Assembly (NCBI GenBank): GCA_965277805.1
Contig: OZ255842.1
Location: 5,216,001 to 5,280,000 of the forward strand
Reading direction: 5' to 3'
Source of the DNA: Candidatus Lustribacter sp.
GTDB lineage: Bacteria > Vulcanimicrobiota > Vulcanimicrobiia > Vulcanimicrobiales > Vulcanimicrobiaceae
Length of the DNA stretch: 64,000 bases
Below are positions 26,701 to 35,819 of this stretch, in pieces (the stretch's first letter is position 1; the number at the start of each line of letters is the position of its first letter). A program made the translations under genes and the position numbers. The notes under the pieces are model-generated. The model saw nothing but the letters and a program-made list of their open reading frames with translations. It ran no database searches and was not told the origin of the DNA.

Positions 26701-27849
26701 GGCGCATTCGATCAGCTCGTCGCGCGTGGTAGCGAACAGCCGGCCTTCGGGCTTCGCGCCGACCCAATGGCCCGACCGGCCGACGCGCTGCAGTGTGACC
26801 GCGATCGAACGCGGTGATCCGAGCTGCACGACGAGATCGACCGAACCGATGTCGATTCCCAATTCTAGCGACGCGGTTGCGACGACCGCGCGCAGGTCGC
26901 CGTTCTTGAGCCGGTTTTCGGTGTCGAAGCGGATGTCTTTGGAGAGGCTGCCGTGGTGCGGCAGCACGATGCCCTCGCCCAAGCGCGTCGAGAGCGCGAA
27001 GGCCACCTTCTCGCTCATCCGGCGCGTGCCGACGAACACGAGCGTGGTCTTGTGCGCGAGCACGAGCGCGGCCACACGGTCGTAGATCTCACCCCACATC
27101 TCGCCGCTGGCGACCGAACTCAGCTCGTCGCTCGGCACCTCGACCGCGAGCGTCATCTCGCGCCGGTGTCCCACGTCGACGATGTGCGCGGTGCGGCTGA
27201 GGAAGTGCGCGACTTCCTGGATCGGCCGGACGGTGGCCGAGAGGCCGATGCGCTGCGGTTTCGCGCCGCCGTTGCGCATGACCAGATCGTCGAGCCGCGC
27301 GAGCGTCAGGGCGAGATGCGAGCCGCGCTTATCGCGCGCGAGCGCGTGGATTTCATCGACGATGATCGCTTCGACGTGGGTGAACAGCGCGCGCGATTTG
27401 GCGGCGGTGAGCAAGATGTAGAGCGATTCAGGAGTGGTGACCAGCACGTGCGGCGGTTTGCGCAACATGCGCGCACGCTCCGACTGCGTCGTATCGCCGG
27501 TGCGCGTCGCGGTGCGAATTTCGGCGAGAGAAATGTTCGCTTCGGCGGCCCGTTCGAGCAGCTCGCCGAGCGGCGTTTCGAGATTCTTGCGAACGTCGTT
27601 GGTCAGCGCTTTGAGCGGCGACACGTAGACGACGAGGACCTCGTCGGGCAGCGGTCCCTCGGCAGCGCGGCGGATCAAGCCGTCGAGCGCGGTCGTGAAC
27701 GCGGCCAGCGTTTTGCCCGAACCGGTAGGCGCCGCGATCAGCACATCGCGACCGGCGCGAATCAGCGGCCAGCCGTGGACTTGGGGTTCGGTGGGCTCGC
27801 CATAGCGTGCGGAAAACCAGCCGGCGACAAGGGGGGACAGCTCGTTCAC
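23752..27849 (-). CDS. lhr: Lhr-family ATP-dependent helicase (long form with C-terminal wHTH region)
   Basis: APTGSGKT, VSPLKAL, TTPESL, DEIH, GLSAT, SLELGIDIG, QRVGRSGH; C-terminal RGGRFV. Confidence 0.9.
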   Translation of the reverse strand: MNELSPLVAGWFSARYGEPTEPQVHGWPLIRAGRDVLIAAPTGSGKTLAAFTTALDGLIRRAAEGPLPDEVLVVYVSPLKALTNDVRKNLETPLGELLERAAEANISLAEIRTATRTGDTTQSERARMLRKPPHVLVTTPESLYILLTAAKSRALFTHVEAIIVDEIHALARDKRGSHLALTLARLDDLVMRNGGAKPQRIGLSATVRPIQEVAHFLSRTAHIVDVGHRREMTLAVEVPSDELSSVASGEMWGEIYDRVAALVLAHKTTLVFVGTRRMSEKVAFALSTRLGEGIVLPHHGSLSKDIRFDTENRLKNGDLRAVVATASLELGIDIGSVDLVVQLGSPRSIAVTLQRVGRSGHWVGAKPEGRLFATTRDELIECAALVNAIRSGTMDALCIPDAPLDILAQQLVATCAGDDWDVDELYAAVRTTYPYRDLERKDFDDVVAMLADGIATSRGRSGAYLHHDRVNGRLRGRKGARIAAITSGGAIPETANYNVVAEPEGIVIGTLDEDFAVESMAGDIFLLGTTSWMIRRVETGVVRVQDAHGAPPSIPFWNGEGLGRTIELSREVAAIRTAIDERDDDDAKAWLQSRCALDAAGAEQAVAYIRAGRAILGAVPTDTTLIAERFFDEAGGMQLILHTPFGARINRAWGLALRKKFCRSFNVELQAAANDNGIVISLTEQHAFPLEAVFEYVKSASAVDTLTQALLAAPIFGARWRWNALRALAILRFTGGRKVPPNFLRMRAEDLLAACFPDAAACGENLTGPIRVPDHVLVNETIDNCLREAMDIDGLLTVLRDIENGAIRTLAVDTPEPSAFCHEILNANPYAYLDDAPLEERRTRAVTLRNTARNTADASSLLDPAAIAEVAESSWPLVRDADELHDALLTLVAVPPIEAWQPWFDELVSAHRATALTVGNATLWTCAERRELTRMIYPEAIAETETPALATTIPLPEQPDEAVAEMLRGWLESSGPVTVDGLAARLSLDASMVEMALIRIETEGAVLRGRFRDNVEEWCNRRVLARIHRMTLGALRREIEPVATADYVRFLFRWQHVAPTSRLHGVDGTLAVIRQLEGYEIPAAAWETTVLPARVADYKRDYLDKLCYSGDVMWGRLSAHPAFTPSADGRQRRIRPTKLAPIALFAREHAGELILRKGDESPALSHAAREVLAEIAQRGAPFFADIVRGTKRLPAEVEEALWQLVAAGLVTADGFDALRALADRKRRLGESGMRARPRSSGGRWSLLESELDHLDADAFARRLLARWGVVFRDIVKRETLAPPWREILAALRKMEARGEIRGGRFVAGYVGEQYALPDAIEALRAARRSGNTGDADAPEVAAYDPLAVTSGLMPGAPPRPLRAVS

Positions 27850-27868
27850 TTGGACTCGCTATAACACG

Positions 27869-28855
27869 TCAAACGTGGTCGGCGTTCCAGCACGGATCCG
27901 CCGCCGCAGAGGTTACTTCGCCGGCCGACCGCTGCCAGGCGGCGGCTGCTGCTGCCGAGAGCGGTAGCACCATCGTAACGCCGGTGCGGCGCGGCCGGAC
28001 GGCGCCTCGCGGGACGGCCCCGCGCGCCGGCGCGGGCGGCAGCCAGCCCGTCACCTTGCGCAGGTCGCCCGCGCCGTTGCGAATTAGCGCCGGGACGAGC
28101 GCCGCTGCTTCATCATCAACGTAGGCGAACTCATCGAGCGCAAACGAGTCGACGCCGGCGAAGCGCCGGCCGAGCACGTAGGCCACCAGCCGCCTTCCGC
28201 GCATGATGCCGAGCCGCACGAGCACGCCGCTCGCATCGCGCGCCCGCGCGCGCAGGCGGAGATATTCCCAAATCAGCGGCGGCCGCGTCAACGTGAACGT
28301 GCGCGTCGCATCGAGGGCGGTGAAGCACCGTTCGATTGCGGGCCAGTCGGCGTCGACGAGCGTGCGCGCGGAGATGCGGGCGTGCGGCAAGGTGTCGGCG
28401 CGGAGCATGATCGCACGCGACGGCAAACACACGAATCCCAAACGCTCGTAGAACGCCGGATGAATGTCGGAGAACAGGTAGACGAAATCGGTGCCGGCCG
28501 CGCGTTCGCTGTCGAGAAATGCGCCGAGCAACGCCGTCGCGTAGCCGCGCCCGCGCGCGTTTTGCGGCGTGAACACTGCACCGATGCCGGCCGCGCGAAA
28601 GGTGCGCTCGCCGCAGCGCAATTCGCGCTGATAACGCTTGCACGACGAGACGAGTTCACCGTCGAGCGAGAGCCCCAACGTACGAAAGCGCCGCCGTCCG
28701 AAGCCCGATGCGCTCACCGCGCCGAACTCGGCGGCGTAGTCGGCAAAGCTCAGACCGCCCGACCAAATCTCCGCCGAATGCGGGAGCACGTCACGCACGT
28801 ACTCCTCGGTCGAGAGCTGGACAATTCGCAGCACCCCCGCCCATTGTGGATTCAC
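27869..28855 (-). CDS. GNAT-family N-acetyltransferase (two-domain, Eis-like)
   Basis: IGAVFTPQNARGRGYA (acetyl-CoA motif A), LFSDIHPAFYERLGF. Confidence 0.8.
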   Translation of the reverse strand: MNPQWAGVLRIVQLSTEEYVRDVLPHSAEIWSGGLSFADYAAEFGAVSASGFGRRRFRTLGLSLDGELVSSCKRYQRELRCGERTFRAAGIGAVFTPQNARGRGYATALLGAFLDSERAAGTDFVYLFSDIHPAFYERLGFVCLPSRAIMLRADTLPHARISARTLVDADWPAIERCFTALDATRTFTLTRPPLIWEYLRLRARARDASGVLVRLGIMRGRRLVAYVLGRRFAGVDSFALDEFAYVDDEAAALVPALIRNGAGDLRKVTGWLPPAPARGAVPRGAVRPRRTGVTMVLPLSAAAAAAWQRSAGEVTSAAADPCWNADHV

Positions 28856-28897
28856 GTTCCGTGAATCCTTCGCGTTTGGGCTGCGCCCAAGCCGCCG

Positions 28898-30130
28898 TTA
28901 AATGAAGGCGAGAGGCGCGAACTGCCCGTCGAGGATCGGGGTGGAATCGGTGCCGAGCCAGCGCTGGATTACCGTTGCGTAGACCGCGCGGAAGTCGGTG
29001 CCGAATTTCAGGTTGCCGTTGCGGTCGAGATCGGTCAGCGAGGGATGATCGCCGTACACGCCGCCGCGTACGCTACCGCCGGTGATGAAGACCGGCATCG
29101 CCGTGCCGTGGTCGGTGCCGTTGCTCGAGTTCTGTTCGACGCGGCGGCCGAATTCCGAGAACGTCATCGTCAACACGCGCTTGTCGTTGCCGTGCGCTTT
29201 GAGGTCGTTGTAGAACGCGAGCAGTCCGTTCCCGAGGTAGCCCAGCAGACGGTCTTGCTGCGCGCGTTGTCCCGCGTGCGTGTCGAACGAACCGATCGAG
29301 ACGAACACGAGCTTGGTGCCGGTATTCGTGCCGATCAGCTGCGCGGCGAGCTTGAGCTGCTGCGAGAAGCCGTCGGTGGGATACGTCACCGCGGCCGTAT
29401 AGCCCGCGATCTTCGAGCGCAGAACGTCGCCGCCGTGATACGCCTGACGCGCGGTGTCGGCGATCATCGCGAGATACGGTGACGTGCCGCCCTTGGTGCC
29501 GTCGTACAGCGTGCCCGCGCTCTGCTTCGACGCGGTATCCTTGCCGGTGTTGTACGCGAACGCGCCGAGCGCACCGATCGCCGGAACGTCGACGTGCGCC
29601 GACACGAGCGCCGCCGGCAGCGTATCGCCGAGCGCGACGGTTTCGAACGGCGTCGGCTGTTTCGTGCCTTGCGGATAGCGGCGATCGAGGTAGCGTCCGA
29701 GCCAGCCGTACTGTTGCGGACGCACCGGCGACGCGGTTTCCCAGATCTGCGTCGCTTCGAAGTGCGAGAGGTTGGCATCGGGGTAGCTCACGGCTTGCAA
29801 CAGCGCGAGGTGCCCTTCTTTGAAGAGTTCGTCGAAGCCGGCCAGCGCGGGGTTCCACGCGATGCGGTCGTTGATGCGCAAGACCGTTTTCGGATCGACG
29901 CCGATCGTCGGGCGCACGCGATGGTACGCATCGTCGGTGTACGGAATGACGGTGTTGAGTCCGTCGTTGCCGCCGCTCATCTGCACGATCACGAGCACGT
30001 TGCCGGGATCGGCAGCGCTGCCGGTTACCGGCGCCGATTGCGCCGACGCCGCGCGCATGAATGCGAGCGGCATGCCGCCGCCGAGTGCGGCGGCTCCGAG
30101 GGAGCGGGTGAGGAATGACGTGCGCTTCAT
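28898..30130 (-). CDS. DUF1501 family protein (Tat-like leader)
   Basis: MKRTSFL leader; QMSGGNDGLNT, SHF, GWLGRY, FDTH, FSEFGRR, GTDHG. Confidence 0.88.
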   Translation of the reverse strand: MKRTSFLTRSLGAAALGGGMPLAFMRAASAQSAPVTGSAADPGNVLVIVQMSGGNDGLNTVIPYTDDAYHRVRPTIGVDPKTVLRINDRIAWNPALAGFDELFKEGHLALLQAVSYPDANLSHFEATQIWETASPVRPQQYGWLGRYLDRRYPQGTKQPTPFETVALGDTLPAALVSAHVDVPAIGALGAFAYNTGKDTASKQSAGTLYDGTKGGTSPYLAMIADTARQAYHGGDVLRSKIAGYTAAVTYPTDGFSQQLKLAAQLIGTNTGTKLVFVSIGSFDTHAGQRAQQDRLLGYLGNGLLAFYNDLKAHGNDKRVLTMTFSEFGRRVEQNSSNGTDHGTAMPVFITGGSVRGGVYGDHPSLTDLDRNGNLKFGTDFRAVYATVIQRWLGTDSTPILDGQFAPLAFI

Positions 30131-30141
30131 GGTGCTCGCGA

Positions 30142-31602
30142 TCAGTTCAGCTGGTTGACGGGAAGGTTGAGGGTCAGGGCGACGACGCCGCGGATCTTCT
30201 CTTGGTAGTTTTCGGGCCCGAACGGCAGCGGGTCGGTGATGCTGCCCTGCGCTTGCGCGCCGGTCCCGGCGAGGTAGTCGACGAGCGTCCCGCGCACGTC
30301 GGCGGTCACGTCGTCTTGCAGTGCCGAGGCGGTCAGTTCGTCGACGATGCGGGGCGCGTTGAAGCCGCCGGCCGCTTTCAGGAGGGCATCGGGCTGCACG
30401 TTGGGCGCGTTCGTCGCGACGGCCGGCGGTTTGGCCGGCGCGGTCGTGGCGATCAGCGAGTTGACGAAGTTGAAGCGCGCCAGCATGGTCGAGGTGTTGA
30501 TCCACGACGGCCCGCCGTCCCAGCCTTTGACGCTCGGCGGGTTGAGCGGCTCCTGGCCCATGCGCGCCAAGGTGCCCGGCAGATTGGCCGGGATTTCCGA
30601 AGCGCCGATGTAGCGCAGCGTTCCGATCGCGAACTCGATCGGGCTCTTCGGTTCCGAACGGTAGGCGCGCTGCGAGTAGAACACGTTGGAGCGGAGCATC
30701 GCGCCGAGCGTCTGCGAGATGTCGTAGCCCGAGAGTGCGTACACGCGCGCAACGGCTTCGATCAATTCCGGCTCGGGATCGGAATAGACGAACGCCTCGA
30801 GCAGCTTGCGCGAGATGAAGCGCTGGTGGATCGGCTGCGAGACGATGATGCTGATCGCATCGTCGGCATCGAACGAACCGGTGTGGCCGAGAAACGTCTT
30901 GAGTCCCGGATCGTGCTGGACGGCATTGAAGAAGGCCTGGCCGTTCTTGAGCGTCCAGCCGGTGAACGCGCGCGCGCCTTCCTTGACGTCGTCCTCGGTA
31001 TAGTTGCCGAGACCGAGCGTGAACAGTTCCATCACCTCGCGCGCGTAGTTTTCGTTCGGATGCGCCTTCGTGTTGAAGCGGTTATCGAGCCACACCAGCA
31101 TAGCCGGGTCCTTCGTCACCGAGGAGAGCAGCGTGCGGAAATTGCCCGTGCCCTGCGCGCGGAAAAGCGCGTTCTGCTGCGCCATCATTTCGGGCGGCGA
31201 CTTGCTGAACGCGGTAGCGAAGTGATTGTGCCAAAACAGCGTCATCTTCTCGGCGAGTTGATGCCGCGAGCGCAGCATCCGATCGAGCCACCACAGCTGC
31301 ACGGCTTTGGCGCGCTGGCCGTACATGTTGCTCGGCAGCGTGGCGAGTTCGGGCGGATAGTCGGGAAACGCGATGTCGGCGGGTGGATGAAAGAGCGCAT
31401 CGACGGCGCGCTGCGCATCGAGCTGCGCGCACGCCGCGATATCGGCCGTCGTTCCGCCGAAGCCGGCGCGGCGCAATAGGTGAGCGGCGTGCCGTTGGTT
31501 GAACGGTCCGCGGTAGGGCGCAAGTGCCGATGCAACGTCGAGCTGCCCGGCGGGGCGGAAGCCGACTTGCGGATCGGTGGACGTATCGAGCTTTTCGTTC
31601 AC
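30142..31602 (-). CDS. DUF1800 family protein
   Basis: HLLRRAGFG, EKMTLFWHNHF, PAMLVWLDN, PNENYAREVMELFTLG, PPSVKGW; the usual partner of DUF1501. Confidence 0.9.
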   Translation of the reverse strand: MNEKLDTSTDPQVGFRPAGQLDVASALAPYRGPFNQRHAAHLLRRAGFGGTTADIAACAQLDAQRAVDALFHPPADIAFPDYPPELATLPSNMYGQRAKAVQLWWLDRMLRSRHQLAEKMTLFWHNHFATAFSKSPPEMMAQQNALFRAQGTGNFRTLLSSVTKDPAMLVWLDNRFNTKAHPNENYAREVMELFTLGLGNYTEDDVKEGARAFTGWTLKNGQAFFNAVQHDPGLKTFLGHTGSFDADDAISIIVSQPIHQRFISRKLLEAFVYSDPEPELIEAVARVYALSGYDISQTLGAMLRSNVFYSQRAYRSEPKSPIEFAIGTLRYIGASEIPANLPGTLARMGQEPLNPPSVKGWDGGPSWINTSTMLARFNFVNSLIATTAPAKPPAVATNAPNVQPDALLKAAGGFNAPRIVDELTASALQDDVTADVRGTLVDYLAGTGAQAQGSITDPLPFGPENYQEKIRGVVALTLNLPVNQLN

Positions 31603-31683
31603 GGTGGTTTGCCAACGCCTAGCATAGCGCGAACCGTCTCGTGCCGCGCGCACACTACATGACTTCTAATGTCGGGATGACGG

Positions 31684-33933
31684 TTAAGAAACGATTGCTT
31701 GGAGCTCTTCGGCGAGTTCGGGGGCAGAGATGCCGCGCGTGGGGCGGCCGCTTGCGCTCACGGTGACGCTAACGTCGGCGCGTAACATAGCGAGCGCCAG
31801 CAAGCGGCGGTGTTCGCGCCCGTAGGCGAGGTTGAGCTTCGTCTGGTGAGAGTACCAGGTGAATTTCGCGGTGCGGCCGGCCGGTGCGTCGCCGGCCGCG
31901 TCCTTCGGCACCATTCCGTAGGACGGGCTGAACAGAAACGCGTCGGGCACGTAGTAGGGCGGAAACGATCCGGCGCGCGCATCGACCGCGAAGACGTGAT
32001 CGAAGCGCCGCGGTCCGATGCGGTCGATCGAGCCGGCGAACACGCCGGCCGATGCGAGGTCGTGCACGAGCGGGCCGCGTTCGTTCGCCGCGATCCGGGC
32101 GAGCATTTGCAGCGCGGCTTCGAGCGAACCGCCCGGGTGACGGCGTTCGTAACGGCCGATCAGCGCCAGCACGGCTTCGGCGATGAACGCGCGCCGCGCC
32201 GTGCGCGCCGGCGTTTCGCCCGGGCGCGGCGCGAAGATGCCGGCGTCTTCGACGATCGCGCGCGCCGCGGCGGTGCCGGCGTCGCGGGCGTGCAGCGCCC
32301 ACGCGTTGCGCCGTTCGCGAAACGCGGCGATGCGTTCGCGCGCGAGGGGCGAGAGATCGTTGTCGCGTTCGCCACGCAGCACGTTCATCGCCAAACGCAC
32401 GTCGCGGCGCCGGTCCCAGCGCCGGTCGCCTTCGGGTTCGGCAACCGGCAGCGGGAAGAGCAGCGCTTGCGGATTGGCCGGCTCGCCGCATAGCACGCCG
32501 AGTGTCGCATCGCCGAGCGCGAGCATCGGCAAGTCGAGCGCGCGCAAGAGCCACGCATGCTGATACGGATCGACCGCGGCCCAGAGCGCGGCGAGCGCAT
32601 CGGCGGCGTCGTGACGCGCGAGCAGGTCGATGTCGCCGTGCAGCGCGACCGGAATGTCCGCATCGACGAGCGCGTCTTCGTAGGCGCCGAGACAACGTGC
32701 CGTGCGATGGACGACAGCGATGCGCGCGGGCGGCGTTCCGGTTGCGATCAGTTCGGCGACGCTCGCGGCGACGAACGCGATCTCCGCTTCGCGGGTGGCC
32801 GCGCGATGTACGCGCACGGCATCAGCGCTGCCCGGTTGCGGCGCGACCGCGCCCGTCGCGATCGCCCGCGCACACGCCGCGATCGCCGGCGGCACGGCCG
32901 GTCCCGGCGGCAATTCGATCGTCGTGGCGGCGAGTTTGAACGTGGCCTCGGGCCGCGCGCCGGCGAACGTGTGAATCGCCGACTGCAACGTTCCGGCGAA
33001 GGTGACGCCGCGCAGCTTCGGTCCGAACAGCGCCTGCAGCAAACGCACCTCGCCGTTGCGCAAGTCGTGGGCGTCGTCGACGAGCGCGATCGTCAGGCGC
33101 TCGCGATACGACGTCGCCAGCGGCGGCTGTTCCTCGAGTAGGCGCGCGGCTTCGGCCAGCGCGTCGATGCCGGTCAGGCAGCCGTGACGCACGAGTTCGT
33201 CGACGTAGGAGCGATAGAGTTTCGCCACGATCTTAGCCAGATCGATTTCGCGCCGGCGTTGACGTTCCAATTCGGCCGGCGCGATGAGCAGCGAACTGCG
33301 GTAGTCGTCCTTCGTGGCCGAAAGCAGGCTCGGGTCGGCGAAGTTCGGCGGCTTGCCGTAGAAGTTGGCCGCACCGCGCAGCGACAGCGCGAGCATCGTC
33401 TCGGGCGAGATGCCGGCGTCGCGCAGCTTGACGATCAGGCGCAGCACGGCGGCAGCGAACCGGTCCGGTGCGCGCAGGCCGCTGATCTCGGGGTCGATGT
33501 CGGCGCCCAGATATTCGGCCCAGTCGGCGGAGAACAGCGGCGCGGCGGCGCGCTCGAAGATCTCCTCGACCTCGTCGGGTTCGAGCAACTCGATGTCGGG
33601 GGCCAGACCGCCCGCGAGCGCGCCGTCGGTGACGATGGCGAACGCCAGCGCGTCGAGCGTGATCCCGGTGAACGGCGCGGCTTCGAACGCCGCGCGAGTC
33701 GCGCCGTCGAGCCGGCTCGCGATGCGCGCGGCGAGATCGCGCCCGCCGGCGGGATGCGAGCTCGCGACGACCGTCGCCTCGGGCGCGATGTTGCTGCCGG
33801 CCAGCAGCGCGGCGTACCGTTGCGCCAGCGCGTCGCTCTTGCCGCTCGCGACGGGCCCCGTGACGAGGATGAGATCGGCGTCGGCCGGCGCCTCGGCGAT
33901 GCGCGGATCGATGCCCTCGAGCGCGCGCATCAT
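31684..33933 (-). CDS. UvrD/AdnAB-like SF1 helicase-fold protein with degenerate motifs and no nuclease domain
   Basis: VTGPVASGKS, LVDDAHD, AGTLQSAIHTFAGA, IAVVHRT, EHRRLLALAMLRA; ATG at 33933 or 33930. Confidence 0.75.
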   Translation of the reverse strand: MMRALEGIDPRIAEAPADADLILVTGPVASGKSDALAQRYAALLAGSNIAPEATVVASSHPAGGRDLAARIASRLDGATRAAFEAAPFTGITLDALAFAIVTDGALAGGLAPDIELLEPDEVEEIFERAAAPLFSADWAEYLGADIDPEISGLRAPDRFAAAVLRLIVKLRDAGISPETMLALSLRGAANFYGKPPNFADPSLLSATKDDYRSSLLIAPAELERQRRREIDLAKIVAKLYRSYVDELVRHGCLTGIDALAEAARLLEEQPPLATSYRERLTIALVDDAHDLRNGEVRLLQALFGPKLRGVTFAGTLQSAIHTFAGARPEATFKLAATTIELPPGPAVPPAIAACARAIATGAVAPQPGSADAVRVHRAATREAEIAFVAASVAELIATGTPPARIAVVHRTARCLGAYEDALVDADIPVALHGDIDLLARHDAADALAALWAAVDPYQHAWLLRALDLPMLALGDATLGVLCGEPANPQALLFPLPVAEPEGDRRWDRRRDVRLAMNVLRGERDNDLSPLARERIAAFRERRNAWALHARDAGTAAARAIVEDAGIFAPRPGETPARTARRAFIAEAVLALIGRYERRHPGGSLEAALQMLARIAANERGPLVHDLASAGVFAGSIDRIGPRRFDHVFAVDARAGSFPPYYVPDAFLFSPSYGMVPKDAAGDAPAGRTAKFTWYSHQTKLNLAYGREHRRLLALAMLRADVSVTVSASGRPTRGISAPELAEELQAIVS

Positions 33934-35819
33934 CGGCCGAACCGTTCTTCGGCCACGGCCGGCCGTTCGCGGCACGAATTCTTGTACGAGCAGTACCGGC
34001 ACGCATCGGGATCGTCGGTCACCGCGTAGTGCGCGATCGTCGGCACGGCCAGCGTTTTCGCGATCTCGATCATGCGCTCGCGCGCGCGCTCGAGATCGGG
34101 AACGCCGATCGACGCGGTGGTGGCGTTGCGGGCGCGGCCGTTCTGAGGCGGGCGCTGCGCGACGACCGTGAGTTCGATCGGTTCGACGTCGAGCAGCGCA
34201 TCCTTGAGCGGGACCAGCGAGAGGCGCGTCACCGTATCGCCCGCCGCCGTGCGCGCCCAATAGTAGAACGGCAGCTGGAATTCGGTGAACGCCAGCACGT
34301 CGGCGAGGTAGTCGCCGGCGCTCTTCGCGATCGCGCCGGTCTTGTAGTCGACGACGGTCACGTTTCCGGTTGCATCGTCGCGGTCGAGGCGGTCGATGTA
34401 GCCGATGAACTGATACTCGCCGAGCTTGACGTCGGTCGCCGTTTCGCAGCCCACCACCTCGAAGGGCGCTTTGCGCGCGCGTTCGATCAGCCAGCTCAAA
34501 TAGCGTTTGGCCGTGCGGCGCGCGCGGCGCTTCTGCAATTCGAACTCGACCGGCGCGTCGAAGCGCGTGCGGTGGCGGTCGAACGCCGACACCATGCAGT
34601 AGTCGAGGAACGAACCGAGCGCCGCCGCGTCGACGTGATCGAACCGCGCGTGCACGCCGTGGAACTCTTCGAGCGCCGCGTGGAACGCGATGCCGTAGAA
34701 CGATGCCGACGATCCGCGATCTTCGACCGCTCCGCAGACGTAGCGGTAGAACCACTTGCGCTCGCACTCGGCGAACGCGTTGAGCGAGGATGCGGAGAAG
34801 ACGGCGCGGCGCGACGTGACCGGCACTTGCGGTTCGCGCGGAACCGCGGGTGCGGGAAACGCCGGAAAATCGGCCGCGCGCTGCGTGCAGCCGCCGAGTT
34901 CCGCTTCGAACTCATCGATCGCATCGGCGGCTTCCCACGCCGGCGCGACGATGCGAGCCGCGTCGAAATCGTGCGCGATACGCTCGAGCGCGGCGAAGGT
35001 GGACGCGTCGAGGCCCAGCACGGCGTTCGCTGCGGCCAGCACGTCGCTCGCGCCCGCGTCGGGCACGCGGTACGCGCGCGCGACCGTGCGCAGCGCGTGC
35101 GCGAACTCGCGGCCGCCGCCTTCCGCGCCGGCGTCGGTGACGTCGAGGACGTTCGCGCCCTCGCCCGCGACGGCGAGCAGCGTGCGCGCGTCGTCGGGTT
35201 CGATCGGCGCGAGTTTGGAACGCAGCGCAGCGCGCGCATCGGCATCGCTCTCCGACGCCGAGAAACGGAGAAACGCGAACAGCCCGGCGGCGCCGACGAG
35301 ATCGAGCGCCGGTGGAACGACCGGTCCCAAATCGAGCGGCTCGAGATGGAACCCGCCCAGCGCCGCGAGCCGGCGCCAGCCGAACGCGCCGTCGTCGGCC
35401 AGCAGCAGCGCGTCGATCGCCAGCGTGTCTTCCGCGTCGTCATCCAAGGCAAAGCTTTCGCCGCCGAGCACGCGGCGCAGTGCCGTGCCGGCATCGACCG
35501 CGTTGATGGATGCGAGCAGCGTGCGATACGCGCCGATCAAGCCCGCGAAGGCGCCGTCCTCGTCGCGATCGATCGCGGCGATAACGCGCGCGGCAAACGA
35601 GGGACTGCGTCGCACGTGGGCCGGAATGGCGAGATCCGCGCGCGTCGCGGCGATGCGGCGTATCAGCGCGCGCCGTTCGCCGTCGTGCAGCACGCGCATC
35701 GCCGTGCCGCGCGTCAAGAGCGCCGCCGGAGAGAGAACGGCATCCGGATCGCCGCCGCCGGAACGAACGAGCACCGGATCGATGCCGTACGCGAGCCGCC
35801 GCTCGTCGACGAGGATCAT
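33930..35819 (-). CDS. RecB-family PD-(D/E)XK nuclease with Fe-S staple cysteines and a divergent N-terminal region (AddB/AdnA-like)
   Basis: FSASSLNAFAECERKWFY, GIAFHAALE, GYIDRLD, VVDYKTG, FQLPFY, CRYCSYKNSC. Confidence 0.8.
   Translation of the reverse strand: MILVDERRLAYGIDPVLVRSGGGDPDAVLSPAALLTRGTAMRVLHDGERRALIRRIAATRADLAIPAHVRRSPSFAARVIAAIDRDEDGAFAGLIGAYRTLLASINAVDAGTALRRVLGGESFALDDDAEDTLAIDALLLADDGAFGWRRLAALGGFHLEPLDLGPVVPPALDLVGAAGLFAFLRFSASESDADARAALRSKLAPIEPDDARTLLAVAGEGANVLDVTDAGAEGGGREFAHALRTVARAYRVPDAGASDVLAAANAVLGLDASTFAALERIAHDFDAARIVAPAWEAADAIDEFEAELGGCTQRAADFPAFPAPAVPREPQVPVTSRRAVFSASSLNAFAECERKWFYRYVCGAVEDRGSSASFYGIAFHAALEEFHGVHARFDHVDAAALGSFLDYCMVSAFDRHRTRFDAPVEFELQKRRARRTAKRYLSWLIERARKAPFEVVGCETATDVKLGEYQFIGYIDRLDRDDATGNVTVVDYKTGAIAKSAGDYLADVLAFTEFQLPFYYWARTAAGDTVTRLSLVPLKDALLDVEPIELTVVAQRPPQNGRARNATTASIGVPDLERARERMIEIAKTLAVPTIAHYAVTDDPDACRYCSYKNSCRERPAVAEERFGR

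Noticed and set aside
33930-34800. Cas4 or CRISPR-associated call for the Fe-S PD-(D/E)XK nuclease
   Set aside because: It is fused to a long N-terminal region and paired with a UvrD-like gene, which fits AddB/AdnA; there is no CRISPR context.
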